From NCBI GenBank assembly GCA_048499955.1, contig JASNYX010000001.1:66452-130451 (forward strand): a DNA stretch of 64,000 bases, given 5' to 3'. The DNA is from Patescibacteria group bacterium (GTDB taxonomy: Bacteria > Patescibacteriota > WWE3 > 2-01-FULL-39-13). Below are positions 1 to 10,116 of the stretch, one piece after another (within the stretch, counting starts at the first letter, position 1; each line of letters opens with the position of its first letter). The notes beneath the pieces were generated by a model, which saw only the letters and a program-made list of their open reading frames with translations, did no database searches and was not told where the DNA came from. The translations under genes were made by a program, and so were the position numbers.

Positions 1-1
1 A

Positions 2-2251
2 CCTCTTGGTCAGCTTGCGGCATGTTTTGTACTTCCGATTGAAGATGACATGGGCTCGACTGAGGGTGGTATTTTTGACACCTTAAAAAATGCAGCATTG
101 ATTCAGCAAACCGGAGGAGGCAACGGATTTAGTTTTTCAAGACTTAGGCCTAAAGGAGCTAGGGTAAAAGGAAGTATGGGCGTAGCCAGCGGACCGATAA
201 GCTTTTTGCAAGCGTATGATCGAGCATTCGGAACCATACAGCAAGGTGGAGTTAGACGTGGGGCAAATATGGCGGTATTAAGAGTCGATCATCCTGATAT
301 ACGTGAATTTATAAAATGCAAATCTGATGAAGGAAGCATTAGCAATTTTAATATTTCCGTTGGAGTGACCGATAAATTTATGGAAGCCGTGAAAAATGAC
401 GGTGATTTTGAGCTTATCAACCCGCAAGATGGTTCAGTATGGAGTACGGTTAAGGCGAGTGAGTTATTTGATGAAATTTTAACTTACGCACATAAAAATG
501 GTGAGCCGGGTGTACTATTTTTGGATGCTGCAAATAGAGAGAATCCTGTTCCTAACCAATATGTACTTGAGGCAACCAATCCATGTGGTGAGCAGTGGTT
601 AGGGCCATATGAGAATTGTTGTTTAGGACACGTAAATATCAAAGCATCTATCATTAACGGCAAACTGGACTGGCAGCATTTGAGGGAGTCAATTCAGCTG
701 GGTACGAGATTTTTGGATAATGTCGTAACACAAAATAAATACGTACCATCGGTTCCTGAGCTCAAGGATGCTGCGATGAGGAATCGACGTATTGGATTAG
801 GTTTCATGGGATTAGCGGATGCAATGTATCTGTTAGGTATCAGATATGGAAGTAGGGAAAGCTTGGATTTCACTTCACAAGTGACTGAATTCATAAGGTA
901 CTATACGATGCAAACAAGTATAGATCTTGCTGAAGAAAAAGGTGCATTTCCCGGAATTGAAGGTAGTCGTTATGATCCGGATGATTTGAAGTGGACTATC
1001 CCATCGCCACTAGTCGAGCATAAGGGTGATTTCGGTCGTCCGAAGATTGACTGGAATAAACTCGAAAAAAGTTTAAAACAGCATGGCATAAGAAATTCCA
1101 CAACGAATACTGTAGCTCCCACAGGAACTACCGGAACGGTTTATGACATGGAAGGTTATGGATGTGAACCTGTTTTCGCATTAGCTTATTATCGCAATGT
1201 ATATCAGGCCGCAGGTGATGAAGGCAGTTTACGATTGACGTATGTGAGCCCTTCTTTCCAGGAAGCGTTGGACAAATCAGAACTTTCAGCAGAAAGTAAG
1301 AGCAAAATTATTGAGCAGGTCATAGAAAAAGGATCACTCGAAACCATCGAGGGAGTTCCCGAGGAGATAAAGAAAACTTTTGTAGTCTCTGCAGATATCA
1401 AACCAGAGGAACATGTTTGGATACAGGCTGTAATACAAAGATTTATAGACAATTCTATATCGAAGACGTGTAATTTTCCTGAAGGAGCAACGATAGAAGA
1501 CGTCAAGAAATCTTATGTAACTGCCTGGGAGTTGGGATGTAAAGGTCTAACAGTTTATGTAACAGGTTCGAGGCAAGAGGTCGTACTTGAGACAAAAGAA
1601 ACTCAAAATAAGAAAAGCAAAGGAGAGTCAGAAGATGCTTCCGGTGAATATGTTAGCACTTTTGAAAAAAGGCCGCGTCCAAGCGTCGTGATTGGAAGAA
1701 CACACGAAATCCATACTCCATTCGGTACTGCTTATGTAACCGTGAACAGGAATGGTGATTCAGGTACGGATCCGTTTGAAGTATTTGTTACGATTGGAAA
1801 AAGTGGTAGTGATGCAGCTGCCTTAGCAGAGGCTTTAGGTCGTCTAATAAGCGGGTGGTTAAGAAGTGCCTTTAACCCGGATAAGGCTATGGAAGAAATC
1901 GCCTATCAACTCAGGGGTATTGGAGGATCTTCCAGTATCGGTTTCGGAGCCCAGAAAGTCGCGAGCATACCTGATGCAGTATCAAAAGTATTGTTTAGGG
2001 AACTGGAGTTTAGTCAAAACTTGGATCAGAAGGACATTAATGTTAAATACTTGATGGAGCAGCCGTCAACAAATGCTAAGTCCTCGTTAAATAGCTCTCA
2101 AGCTGTGCAGGATCCGACTTTTAGTTCTGGAGATACTTTGCCTAACACTGTTTTCAAAAATGCGTCTGTGTGCCCTGAATGCAACAACATGACACTTGTA
2201 GAGAGTGAAGGGTGTATTAAATGCCACACCTGTGCATATAGTCGCTGCTGA
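2..2251 (+). CDS. nrdJ: Class II (adenosylcobalamin-dependent) ribonucleotide reductase, 5'-truncated by the window edge
   Basis: Frame is open from base 2 ([17 protein letters not shown]). Contains GGGNG, RRGANM, catalytic TNPCGEQ, APTGT, a TSCPD-like C-terminal domain (SIPDAV) and a terminal Zn ribbon CPEC...[12 protein letters not shown]. Confidence 0.95.
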   Translation, partial: PLGQLAACFVLPIEDDMGSTEGGIFDTLKNAALIQQTGGGNGFSFSRLRPKGARVKGSMGVASGPISFLQAYDRAFGTIQQGGVRRGANMAVLRVDHPDIREFIKCKSDEGSISNFNISVGVTDKFMEAVKNDGDFELINPQDGSVWSTVKASELFDEILTYAHKNGEPGVLFLDAANRENPVPNQYVLEATNPCGEQWLGPYENCCLGHVNIKASIINGKLDWQHLRESIQLGTRFLDNVVTQNKYVPSVPELKDAAMRNRRIGLGFMGLADAMYLLGIRYGSRESLDFTSQVTEFIRYYTMQTSIDLAEEKGAFPGIEGSRYDPDDLKWTIPSPLVEHKGDFGRPKIDWNKLEKSLKQHGIRNSTTNTVAPTGTTGTVYDMEGYGCEPVFALAYYRNVYQAAGDEGSLRLTYVSPSFQEALDKSELSAESKSKIIEQVIEKGSLETIEGVPEEIKKTFVVSADIKPEEHVWIQAVIQRFIDNSISKTCNFPEGATIEDVKKSYVTAWELGCKGLTVYVTGSRQEVVLETKETQNKKSKGESEDASGEYVSTFEKRPRPSVVIGRTHEIHTPFGTAYVTVNRNGDSGTDPFEVFVTIGKSGSDAAALAEALGRLISGWLRSAFNPDKAMEEIAYQLRGIGGSSSIGFGAQKVASIPDAVSKVLFRELEFSQNLDQKDINVKYLMEQPSTNAKSSLNSSQAVQDPTFSSGDTLPNTVFKNASVCPECNNMTLVESEGCIKCHTCAYSRC

Positions 2252-2268
2252 TTCGGATATTAACAATT

Positions 2269-2296
2269 AAGCCCTCTTTATTGAGGGCTTTTTTTT
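2269..2296 (+). terminator. Rho-independent terminator after nrdJ
   Basis: AAGCCCTC-loop-GAGGGCTT followed by a T tract. Confidence 0.9.
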
Positions 2297-2452
2297 ACTT
2301 CTATTCCTCACCCAATAGGCTTTGAGCATAAATATTTAATTTATCTCAAAGTATTATTCTCGAATTTTTTTATATTTGTTCACAGAAACTTTATTTACCT
2401 TTGCTAAGTTGGGATAAGTTTAATCTATTACTTACCCGGGGAGGTGATAAAT

Positions 2453-3079
2453 ATGAAAAAAACAGTATTTAGCATACTAACTTTAGTTTTCTGTGCCGGA
2501 ACAATAGTCACAGGAACATTAGGAGCCCTTCAGGAGACCGTTAAACTAACGGGTACAACTTTTAACGTTAGTGCTGGTGCCGGACAGGGAGGTTCCGGCG
2601 GTGGAGGAGGGACATCCTCAAACCAGTTTCTTAAAATGTTGCAATCCTTAAGTGGATCATCCGCAGATTCGAATCTGGGAGATATAAAAGTAGGACCTGT
2701 CTTTAATAATGTCGATGTGATGTGGACAGATCAAGCAGTAGTTAAGATTCACAACAAAGGTGGAGTCGATGTGGACGTTATTGCAAAGGCGGACTATATC
2801 AGTGATCCGGATACACTAAGAGATGACATTTATGTCGAGATTCTTGAGTGGAATGATTCCAATAGCAATGGGACATATGAAGTAGGTGAAGAAGGACAGA
2901 GCTATAAAAGAGACACAATTTTGAGATTGAGAAATGACACTTTCCTTTTGGGGAAGATTACACCGTCACAAACAAAGGGATATGTTCTCAAGTTCGATGG
3001 AAGCGGAATTTCTTCCGTCAATGCCGGGAAATCTGCTGTTTATGATTTTACTTTTACAGGAGTCCAAAGCACTCTGTAA
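2453..3079 (+). CDS. TasA/camelysin-like secreted protein with SipW-type signal peptide
   Basis: GGAGGTGA SD before ATG 2453. N-terminus MKKTVFSILTLVFCAGTIVTGTLGALQETVKLTGTTFNVSAG resembles the SipW-cognate pattern (GT-A-x-F...F-x-AG). Immediately upstream of a SipW-like peptidase. Confidence 0.7.
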   Translation: MKKTVFSILTLVFCAGTIVTGTLGALQETVKLTGTTFNVSAGAGQGGSGGGGGTSSNQFLKMLQSLSGSSADSNLGDIKVGPVFNNVDVMWTDQAVVKIHNKGGVDVDVIAKADYISDPDTLRDDIYVEILEWNDSNSNGTYEVGEEGQSYKRDTILRLRNDTFLLGKITPSQTKGYVLKFDGSGISSVNAGKSAVYDFTFTGVQSTL

Positions 3080-3123
3080 TTGTAGCGCTCCTTCTCTTCA
3101 GGGCCCGAAGAGAAGATTAATTT

Positions 3124-3660
3124 ATGGAAATGGCACAAATTGTTAGAACTATTTTATCGTTTATGTTTCTTTTGTTGGGGTTACTTTTCATGAATCTGAA
3201 TCAGAGTGATTTTCCTTGGCCGATAAGATTTTATGTGATGGAAACAGATTCCATGAGTTCTGAGATACCAAGGGGGAGTTTACTAGCGTCAGTCGTGAAT
3301 AAAAATCTATACGTCGACGATGTTATTTCATATAAATATCCTCTAGACCAAAGTAAAACAGTCACGCACAGGATTACGAGTTACCGGGTCGATGATGGTG
3401 TGTTGTTTTATCAAACGAAAGGCGATGCAAATACGGAAACAGATCAGTGGGAGGTTAGAGAAGATCTCATCATGGGCAAAGTATTTTTCACAATTCCGGA
3501 AATCGGAAAAATATTTAATTATTTTAAGAATCCTTGGATTGTAGCTCTGTTAATTTTTATTCCGGTTCTGGTAATTGCTACGGTGGAGATTTATTACGAG
3601 AAAGATAATCTTCTGGAAGCTTATGGTTACTTTTACCAAAAGATCAAAAGAAACGAATAG
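3124..3660 (+). CDS. sipW: Signal peptidase I, SipW/S26B type
   Basis: N-terminal TM, catalytic Ser in DSMS, VTHRI His motif, TKGDAN..D motif, C-terminal TM. Confidence 0.85.
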   Translation: MEMAQIVRTILSFMFLLLGLLFMNLNQSDFPWPIRFYVMETDSMSSEIPRGSLLASVVNKNLYVDDVISYKYPLDQSKTVTHRITSYRVDDGVLFYQTKGDANTETDQWEVREDLIMGKVFFTIPEIGKIFNYFKNPWIVALLIFIPVLVIATVEIYYEKDNLLEAYGYFYQKIKRNE

Positions 3661-3675
3661 TGTTTTTACAAAATC

Positions 3676-3711
3676 AAAAAAGCCGTCATGTGATACAGGA
3701 CGGCTTTTTTT
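3676..3711. terminator. Bidirectional intrinsic terminator between sipW and hup
   Basis: AAAAAAGCCGTC...GACGGCTTTTTTT inverted repeat with A and T tracts on either side, between convergent genes. Confidence 0.88.
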
Positions 3712-3753
3712 CTGAATGTTCACTTGAGTGAGCTCCAGACTTTGAACAACGTA

Positions 3754-4026
3754 TTATCTAACTGCGTCTTTCAAAGGTTTGGAAATGCTGACTCTTACCA
3801 CTTTCCTTGCGGGAATTGTTATTTTCTCTCCGGTTTGTGGATTTCTTCCAGGTCTAGCGTCTCTTGAAGCAACTTCGAAAGTTGCAAGTCCGGAAATCTG
3901 GACTTTTTCACCTTTAGAAAGAGACTTTGTTATAACCTCTACCAAAGTATCTAGCATTTTTCTGGCCTGAGCTTTTGGAGTGTCAAGGCTGGAAGCTAGA
4001 GTGTTTACTAATTCGTTTTTGTTCAT
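3754..4026 (-). CDS. hup: Histone-like DNA-binding protein HU
   Basis: MNKNELV...GEKVQISGLATF...GRNPQTGEKITIPA. GGAGGTGT SD supports the start at 4026 rather than 4158. Confidence 0.95.
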   Translation of the reverse strand: MNKNELVNTLASSLDTPKAQARKMLDTLVEVITKSLSKGEKVQISGLATFEVASRDARPGRNPQTGEKITIPARKVVRVSISKPLKDAVR

Positions 4027-4287
4027 CGAGTTTACACCTCCTTTAATAGCGAACTTGAAGACGGGAAAGGCTAAATTTTCTCGAGTGGTAAACTTTGGCG
4101 TTAACGAACGGGGATCTACCGATCCATTAACAAGGATATTAACACTCATGAAAAGCAAAGAAATATAGTGTTTATACTTCTTTTCGGCCTATGCGATTAC
4201 AATAGCGTTTAATCCATTGTCTTGTCAATCTTTTCGTGATTACTATATGCTAATATGCTGCAAATACAGGGTTTTGTATGGGTGAGT

Positions 4288-4320
4288 AAAATTGCCCTGA
4301 CGTTTTCAGCCAGGGCAAAA
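4288..4320 (-). terminator. Probable terminator after rny
   Basis: TTGCCCTG...CAGGGCAA inverted repeat with a T run on the minus strand, just past the rny stop. Confidence 0.65.
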
Positions 4321-4324
4321 GTTA

Positions 4325-5875
4325 CTAAGATGCGGTTGAAATAGCACGTAATTCTCTGATTACTACCACTTTTACAATTCCGGGGAAAGTTTGCTCTTCT
4401 TCAATTTTCTTGGAAATCTTATGGCTTAAGTTAACAGCTTCTATATCATTTATCATTTCAGATTTTACGATGACTCTAAGTTCTCGTCCGGCTGAAATAG
4501 CGAATGCTTTTGATACTCCCTCGAATGTGTAAGCGGCTTCTTCGAGCTTTTGCATCCTTTTTATATAGTTCTCGTAATCTTCGTATCGTGCACCGGGGCG
4601 TGAACCTGAAATAGAGTCGGCGATTTGAACCAAAATACCTTCGATAGTGCTTGGTTTGTCGTCATGATGTTCGGCTATCGCGGTTAGTACCGATTTAGGT
4701 ATGTTGAATTGCTTTAAGTAATCAGCACCTAGCTCGACGTGACTACCTTCTTTGTCGGTGATAACTTTTCCGATATCGTGTAGTAGTGCAGCCAGTTTTG
4801 TAACTGCGATATCAGCTCCAACTTCTTGTGCTAACTTTACGGCGATCTTTGTTTCTTCAAGCGTATGCTGAATCATGTTTTGGCCGTATGAAGTTCTATA
4901 TTTAAAATGTCCGAGTTTCTTTACGAGATCTTTCGGAAGATTAAATACTCCCACTTTATTGCATAGCTCAATACCGGCTTGCGTGATAATTTTATCCACT
5001 TCTTCGGTAGTTTTGCTCATGATTTCTTCGATTCGTGCAGGGTGTATTCGTCCGTCTTTGATAAGTTTTTCCATTGCAAGTCGGGCAATTTCTCTTCTTA
5101 CTGCATCGAAGCTTGATAGTCTGATTTCCGCATTCTCATCATCAAAATCCACATTGACTCCGCTGATATCTTCAAAAGTTTTGATATTTCGGCCTTCTTT
5201 TCCTATTATTTTGCCCTTTAGGTCCGGGTTGGGGAGGCTGATTGTAGATATTGTATATTCGGGAACGTAATCTGTAGAAGCATGATGCATCGCATCAACA
5301 AGTAGCTCTTTTGCTCTTTCGTCAACTTCCGTAATTAACTTGGCCTCGTACTCTTTGATCTTGCGGGCGATATCTGCTTGTAAGGTAGATTCAAGATTTG
5401 CGAGAATAATAGTCTTAGCTTCCTCTTTTGTTAAGGCTGCTATTGTTGACAACTTACTTATCTGTTCTTGTTTAAGACGTTCGCTTTTTTCGTGATTTTG
5501 TCTGGTTTTTTCTTTGAGATCCGCAAGTGATTGTTCTTTTCTTTCAACTTCTTTAATCTTGTTGTAAAGTTCATCGAAGCGTTGATCTGCTTTTTTCTCG
5601 ATCTCAAGGGATTTCTTCCTGATTTCTGAGGCTTCTTTCTCTGCGGCCTCTTTTATTTTTACTGACTCTTCTTTCGCGTCTAATATGATTTTTTTAGACT
5701 CCGCTAATGATTTAAGCGTATCTTCTTGAGAAATTACCGGTGTAGTGACGCGACTGGCGCTACTGGTTTCCGGTACTGAACTTTTTGACTTTAAGGTCCT
5801 GGTAATTATGAAATAAATCGCAAAAGCCGTAAGCAACGAAGTTGCCACGGATGCAATTAATGTGTCCCATGCCAT
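4325..5875 (-). CDS. rny: Ribonuclease Y
   Basis: N-terminal TM, coiled coil, KH domain (GKIIGKEGRNIK), HD domain (LLHDIGK), AISAGRELRV. Confidence 0.96.
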   Translation of the reverse strand: MAWDTLIASVATSLLTAFAIYFIITRTLKSKSSVPETSSASRVTTPVISQEDTLKSLAESKKIILDAKEESVKIKEAAEKEASEIRKKSLEIEKKADQRFDELYNKIKEVERKEQSLADLKEKTRQNHEKSERLKQEQISKLSTIAALTKEEAKTIILANLESTLQADIARKIKEYEAKLITEVDERAKELLVDAMHHASTDYVPEYTISTISLPNPDLKGKIIGKEGRNIKTFEDISGVNVDFDDENAEIRLSSFDAVRREIARLAMEKLIKDGRIHPARIEEIMSKTTEEVDKIITQAGIELCNKVGVFNLPKDLVKKLGHFKYRTSYGQNMIQHTLEETKIAVKLAQEVGADIAVTKLAALLHDIGKVITDKEGSHVELGADYLKQFNIPKSVLTAIAEHHDDKPSTIEGILVQIADSISGSRPGARYEDYENYIKRMQKLEEAAYTFEGVSKAFAISAGRELRVIVKSEMINDIEAVNLSHKISKKIEEEQTFPGIVKVVVIRELRAISTAS

Positions 5876-6048
5876 TTTTGAACATTTGCTAGTTATTGGA
5901 ATATTCTTCTACGGATAAAATACCCGCACTTAAAAGATATTATCTCCCTGAGTAAATATGGTTTCGGGTTTTATGATTTTATGTCCCTCATAACCTATTA
6001 ATGATTAAATTCCTAATAACTAGTTATAAATAAATAATAACCTCTATA

Positions 6049-6762
6049 TTATACCTTATAATTATCTTCCCGGCTTACAAGGGGTAAAATCGTGTCAAAG
6101 CTAAAACCTCGTGATGCGAGTCTACTAATGATTTTTTTTCGATGCTGCGGGTTCTTTAAATCAAATCCTTTTTGAATTAAAGTTTCGAGTAGTTCTTTCG
6201 CTCTTTCCTGCTCGTTTTCCAGTAAACCTCCGCTCGTTAGTTCTTCAATGTTTTCGTTAGATATTCCCTTTTGTTTAAGCTCACTTATGATCGCTCTGTT
6301 CCCTAATGGCTTTCGTTGTAGCAATCTTTTGCTTAATAAATTACCTCCAAATTCTTTGTCATTAAGGAATTTATGATTTTGAAGTTTTTCTAAAGTTTCC
6401 TCTATATATTGCTCAATTATCGTCGATTCAACCGCATTTCTAAAATTTTGCGAGGCATACTGTCTGAGTTGGGTGCGAATTTCTCGCGTACTTTTTGAAG
6501 ATCTGCTTAATTTTGAGAGACTCTTTTCCCAAAGTTTTCTTTTTAATGAGGCCTTAATTATATTGTAAAGATCATCACTACTGATCTCATGCCCTTTATT
6601 TAGGCCGAAAAGATTGAGATCATCGATATGTACTTCCAAGTATTCAGTTATGTGCTTACTTTTTGCGGTTGGATTTTTAGGCAAAATTTCCGGATCTACT
6701 CCCTCAATTTTTAGGTTATACCAGTCGGGATTTCTTTTACTTTTTATTTCCAGAATCCTCAT
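6049..6762 (-). CDS. recX: RecX family regulator
   Basis: Directly downstream of recA. Motifs [32 protein letters not shown]. Confidence 0.88.
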   Translation of the reverse strand: MRILEIKSKRNPDWYNLKIEGVDPEILPKNPTAKSKHITEYLEVHIDDLNLFGLNKGHEISSDDLYNIIKASLKRKLWEKSLSKLSRSSKSTREIRTQLRQYASQNFRNAVESTIIEQYIEETLEKLQNHKFLNDKEFGGNLLSKRLLQRKPLGNRAIISELKQKGISNENIEELTSGGLLENEQERAKELLETLIQKGFDLKNPQHRKKIISRLASRGFSFDTILPLVSREDNYKV

Positions 6763-7817
6763 GCTTGTTCAGGTTTCACTTCCACCTTGGGTTTGGATTT
6801 TGATGCTTCTTCTGCCTTCATTTTTTCCTGGACTTCAACTTCAATCTCTTCTCTAACTTTGGGATTTTCAATCAGATAGTTTTTCATATTTTCTCGACCT
6901 TGGGCAACATTTTTGCCTTTGTATTTGAACCAAGCTCCACTCGATTCGACAACACCAAATTTTTCGGCTACATCAATTAAGCTACCTTCTTGGCTAATGC
7001 CTTTTCCGAACATGATGTCGAATTCCGCACTTTTAAAAGGAGGTGCTACCTTGTTTTTAACAACCTTAACGATGACTCTGTTTCCGACGGCTTCTCCTTT
7101 TTCGGTGATGCTTTGAGTTCTTCGTATTTCCAATCTAACGGAAGCATAGAATTTTAATGATCTTCCCCCGGTTGTTGTTTCGGGATTTCCGAACATCACT
7201 CCGATTTTTTCTCTGATTTGGTTGATAAAAACGACTGTTGTATTGCTTCTGCTGGTAATTCCCGTTATTTTCCTGAGTGCTTGGCTCATTAGCCTTGCGT
7301 GTAACCCCATATGGCTATCGCCCATTTCTCCTTCGATTTCAGCTCTCGGAGTTAACGCGGCAACGGAATCTATAACTATTAGATCCACCGCACCACTGCG
7401 AATAAGTGTTTCGGTAATATCAAGTGCTTGTTCTCCGGTATCAGGTTGAGAAACATACATTTCTTCAATGTCGACACCAAGGTTTGAGGCATAGTTTACA
7501 TCAAGTGCGTGCTCTGCATCGATGAAGGCTGCTCGTCCACCGATTTTCTGGAGCTGGGCGATAACGGAAAGTGCTAAGGTAGTTTTACCGCTGGATTCCG
7601 GGCCGTATATTTCTACAATTCTGCCTCGGGGAATTCCTCCCACACCAAGAGCTACATCGAGAGAGTAGGCTCCGGTAGAAATAACATCGACCTTTTGCCT
7701 TGCATCTTCATCTCCTAATCTCATTATGGAACCCTTTCCATAGTTTTTTTCTATCTGCGAAATTGCAGATTTTAAGGCTTCTAGCTTATTTACGTTTGTT
7801 TTTTGATTTTGGCTCAT
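6759..7817 (-). CDS. recA: Recombinase RecA
   Basis: [45 protein letters not shown]. Confidence 0.99.
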   Translation of the reverse strand: MSQNQKTNVNKLEALKSAISQIEKNYGKGSIMRLGDEDARQKVDVISTGAYSLDVALGVGGIPRGRIVEIYGPESSGKTTLALSVIAQLQKIGGRAAFIDAEHALDVNYASNLGVDIEEMYVSQPDTGEQALDITETLIRSGAVDLIVIDSVAALTPRAEIEGEMGDSHMGLHARLMSQALRKITGITSRSNTTVVFINQIREKIGVMFGNPETTTGGRSLKFYASVRLEIRRTQSITEKGEAVGNRVIVKVVKNKVAPPFKSAEFDIMFGKGISQEGSLIDVAEKFGVVESSGAWFKYKGKNVAQGRENMKNYLIENPKVREEIEVEVQEKMKAEEASKSKPKVEVKPEQA

Positions 7818-7829
7818 TATAATTTTCCT

Positions 7830-8411
7830 TTAATTAAGTAATGGGATAAGTGCCACAATTGCGGCTAACTCTATTATCCCTAATAACATTAACAATTGAG
7901 TTAAACGTTTTTTATCACTCCTGAAACTATATATTAATATCAGTGAACCACAAAATATAATAGCCATTTCTACTGCAAAATATATTGACCTTATATAGCC
8001 ATCTAGAAATGTAAGATTCGGATTCAAGGGGGATGGCCTGAGCTCAAGAATGAAATCGTTGAACGGTCTCAGCGGATAAATTTTATCCATTAGTCCATCG
8101 GCAAAAATATGCGAAAAAACTCCCAGAAAAAACCCGGAAATAATGGTCACATAAATAGGTTTGAATTTGAGAAACCACACGATGGGCAACAATATGGCTA
8201 AGACGAATATATAAGGGAGGGGAGTGTGAGTCAATAGATATCGATGGCTGATGGAATTATCAATAAATATTAGATAAAGCACGTCAATATCAGGGAAAAT
8301 TGAACCAAGAATTGTTGAAATCCAGAAATAGAATCGAAAATTTTTCGTAACACTTTTCGGTTGTGTAAAGAACGCAATTATGACGCCAATAAAGGCGTGG
8401 GCAAAAACCAT
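7830..8411 (-). CDS. Membrane metal-dependent hydrolase (YdjM/DUF457-like)
   Basis: Conserved H...PDID...HRYLLTHT...SHIFAD pattern with several TM helices. Start taken at MVFAH. Confidence 0.8.
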   Translation of the reverse strand: MVFAHAFIGVIIAFFTQPKSVTKNFRFYFWISTILGSIFPDIDVLYLIFIDNSISHRYLLTHTPLPYIFVLAILLPIVWFLKFKPIYVTIISGFFLGVFSHIFADGLMDKIYPLRPFNDFILELRPSPLNPNLTFLDGYIRSIYFAVEMAIIFCGSLILIYSFRSDKKRLTQLLMLLGIIELAAIVALIPLLN

Positions 8412-8542
8412 AACAACTATTTTAGCAGTAATTAATTTGCTGAGGAGCACATACATGGATCACGATTATTTTTGCTTGCACAACTTGGTTGTGTTTGACA
8501 TACTGGGAATTGAGTTTAATGTTCTAACAGGAGGTAACTAAC

Positions 8543-8806
8543 ATGATTACATTGATTGATTTTTATGCGGATTGGTGTGGACCATGCTTAATGGTCAAAC
8601 CTATTATTGAGAAAGTTGTTAAAGAAATGGAAGGTAAAGTTACTTTGGAAAAAGTGAATGTTGATGAGGAGCCGCAAAGGGCTGCCCAGTTTGGGGTATT
8701 AAGTATTCCAACGATGGTATTACTAAAGGATGGAGCGGAAATTGACCGAAAAATTGGAGCACTTGACGAGTTAAGTCTAAGAAATTGGTTATCCAGTAAA
8801 TCATGA
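8543..8806 (+). CDS. trxA: Thioredoxin
   Basis: DFYADWCGPC, SIPT, AGGAGGT SD. Confidence 0.95.
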   Translation: MITLIDFYADWCGPCLMVKPIIEKVVKEMEGKVTLEKVNVDEEPQRAAQFGVLSIPTMVLLKDGAEIDRKIGALDELSLRNWLSSKS

Positions 8807-9816
8807 ATATCGCTATTAACGGTTTTGGCCGTATCGGTAGAGCTGCTTTTAAAATCTTCCTTGAGAGAAAAGAACTTGGTGAAGATATCAACATAGTAGC
8901 CATCAATGACCTTGTACCTGCAGAAACCTTAGCTTACCTATTAAAGTACGACACGGTGTATGGAAGATATCCTAAGCAGGTTACTTTCGAAGATGAAAAT
9001 CTTGTTGTTAATGGGGTTAAATATAAGCATCTGATGAATAAGGAAGCCGAAACTCTCCCATGGAAGGATCTTGCTGTAGATGTTGTTGTTGAGTGTACCG
9101 GGATATTTACATCATCCGAGGATGCTCGAAAGCATTTAAACGCTGGAGCCAGAAAGGTTGTGCTGTCTGCACCTGCAAAAGATGACGGGTTTAAAACCGT
9201 GGTTCTAGGATCAGGAAACTATTCTCTTGATAGCGATCTTATTTCAAACGCGTCTTGCACTACTAATTGTATTACTCCCGTTTTGAGTGTTCTTTCAAGG
9301 ACTTTTGGTGTTGAGAAAGCTATGTTGAACACCGTGCATGCCTATACAGCGACTCAAGGGCTGGTAGATAGTCCTGACAAAAAGGATATGAGAAGAGGAA
9401 GAGCTGCAGCATCTAATATTGTTCCGTCTTCAACCGGAGCAGCTGAGGCAACGTCTAAAGCCATGCCTGAGATGGCGAATATTTTCGAAGGTATTGCACT
9501 GAGAGTGCCGGTTCTTTGCGGTTCAATCTCTGATATTACAGCGGTTCTAAAGAAAGACGTAACTATCGAGGAAGTAAATGAAGCATTTATTGCTGCTCAA
9601 TCTGAAAAAGATTATGAAGGTATTTTAAAATATACGGAAGATCCTTTGGTTTCATCGGATATACTACAAACGCCTTACTCTGCCATCATTGATGGAACAA
9701 TGACAAAAGTTGCCGGAGGTAATTTGGTAAAGGTTTTGGCTTGGTATGATAACGAGTGGGGCTATTCAAGTCGATTGGTTGATATGACCATTAAAGTGGG
9801 ATCCCAGAAAACTTAG
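8803..9816 (+). CDS. gap: Glyceraldehyde-3-phosphate dehydrogenase (type I)
   Basis: INGFGRIGR, SNASCTTNC, WYDNEWGYS. Confidence 0.98.
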   Translation: MNIAINGFGRIGRAAFKIFLERKELGEDINIVAINDLVPAETLAYLLKYDTVYGRYPKQVTFEDENLVVNGVKYKHLMNKEAETLPWKDLAVDVVVECTGIFTSSEDARKHLNAGARKVVLSAPAKDDGFKTVVLGSGNYSLDSDLISNASCTTNCITPVLSVLSRTFGVEKAMLNTVHAYTATQGLVDSPDKKDMRRGRAAASNIVPSSTGAAEATSKAMPEMANIFEGIALRVPVLCGSISDITAVLKKDVTIEEVNEAFIAAQSEKDYEGILKYTEDPLVSSDILQTPYSAIIDGTMTKVAGGNLVKVLAWYDNEWGYSSRLVDMTIKVGSQKT

Positions 9817-9823
9817 TTATTTT

Positions 9824-10066
9824 ATGGCTGTAAAACATCTTGTTATATCAAAGGAACATAAATGTATTGGTTGCAACCTTTGCACTTTGGCTGTTTCCAG
9901 ATATGAAAACAGAAAGTTAGGTATAAAGAATCCGGTAATTGCAATTAAAGGTAAGCCGGGTAGATATAAAATACAGGTGGATTATGGCTATGTTATTAAA
10001 AATCCCCAAAGAATAGTTAATATTTGTCCGCAAAACTGCTTTGATTTAATCGAAGCTTCCGTCTAA
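9824..10066 (+). CDS. Small 4Fe-4S ferredoxin-like protein
   Basis: CIGCNLC near the N-terminus and ICPQNC near the C-terminus. Confidence 0.75.
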   Translation: MAVKHLVISKEHKCIGCNLCTLAVSRYENRKLGIKNPVIAIKGKPGRYKIQVDYGYVIKNPQRIVNICPQNCFDLIEASV

Positions 10067-10116
10067 AATTACCTCAGATCTTTGCGAATGTTAAATTTGT
10101 CTGCGAATATTATTTT

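Noticed and set aside
2-2251. Intein or intron in the ribonucleotide reductase
   Set aside because: The visible part is continuous, with intact motifs around NPCGEQ and no insertion.
4027-4158. N-terminal extension of HU
   Set aside because: A strong SD precedes ATG 4026, which gives a canonical 90-aa HU.
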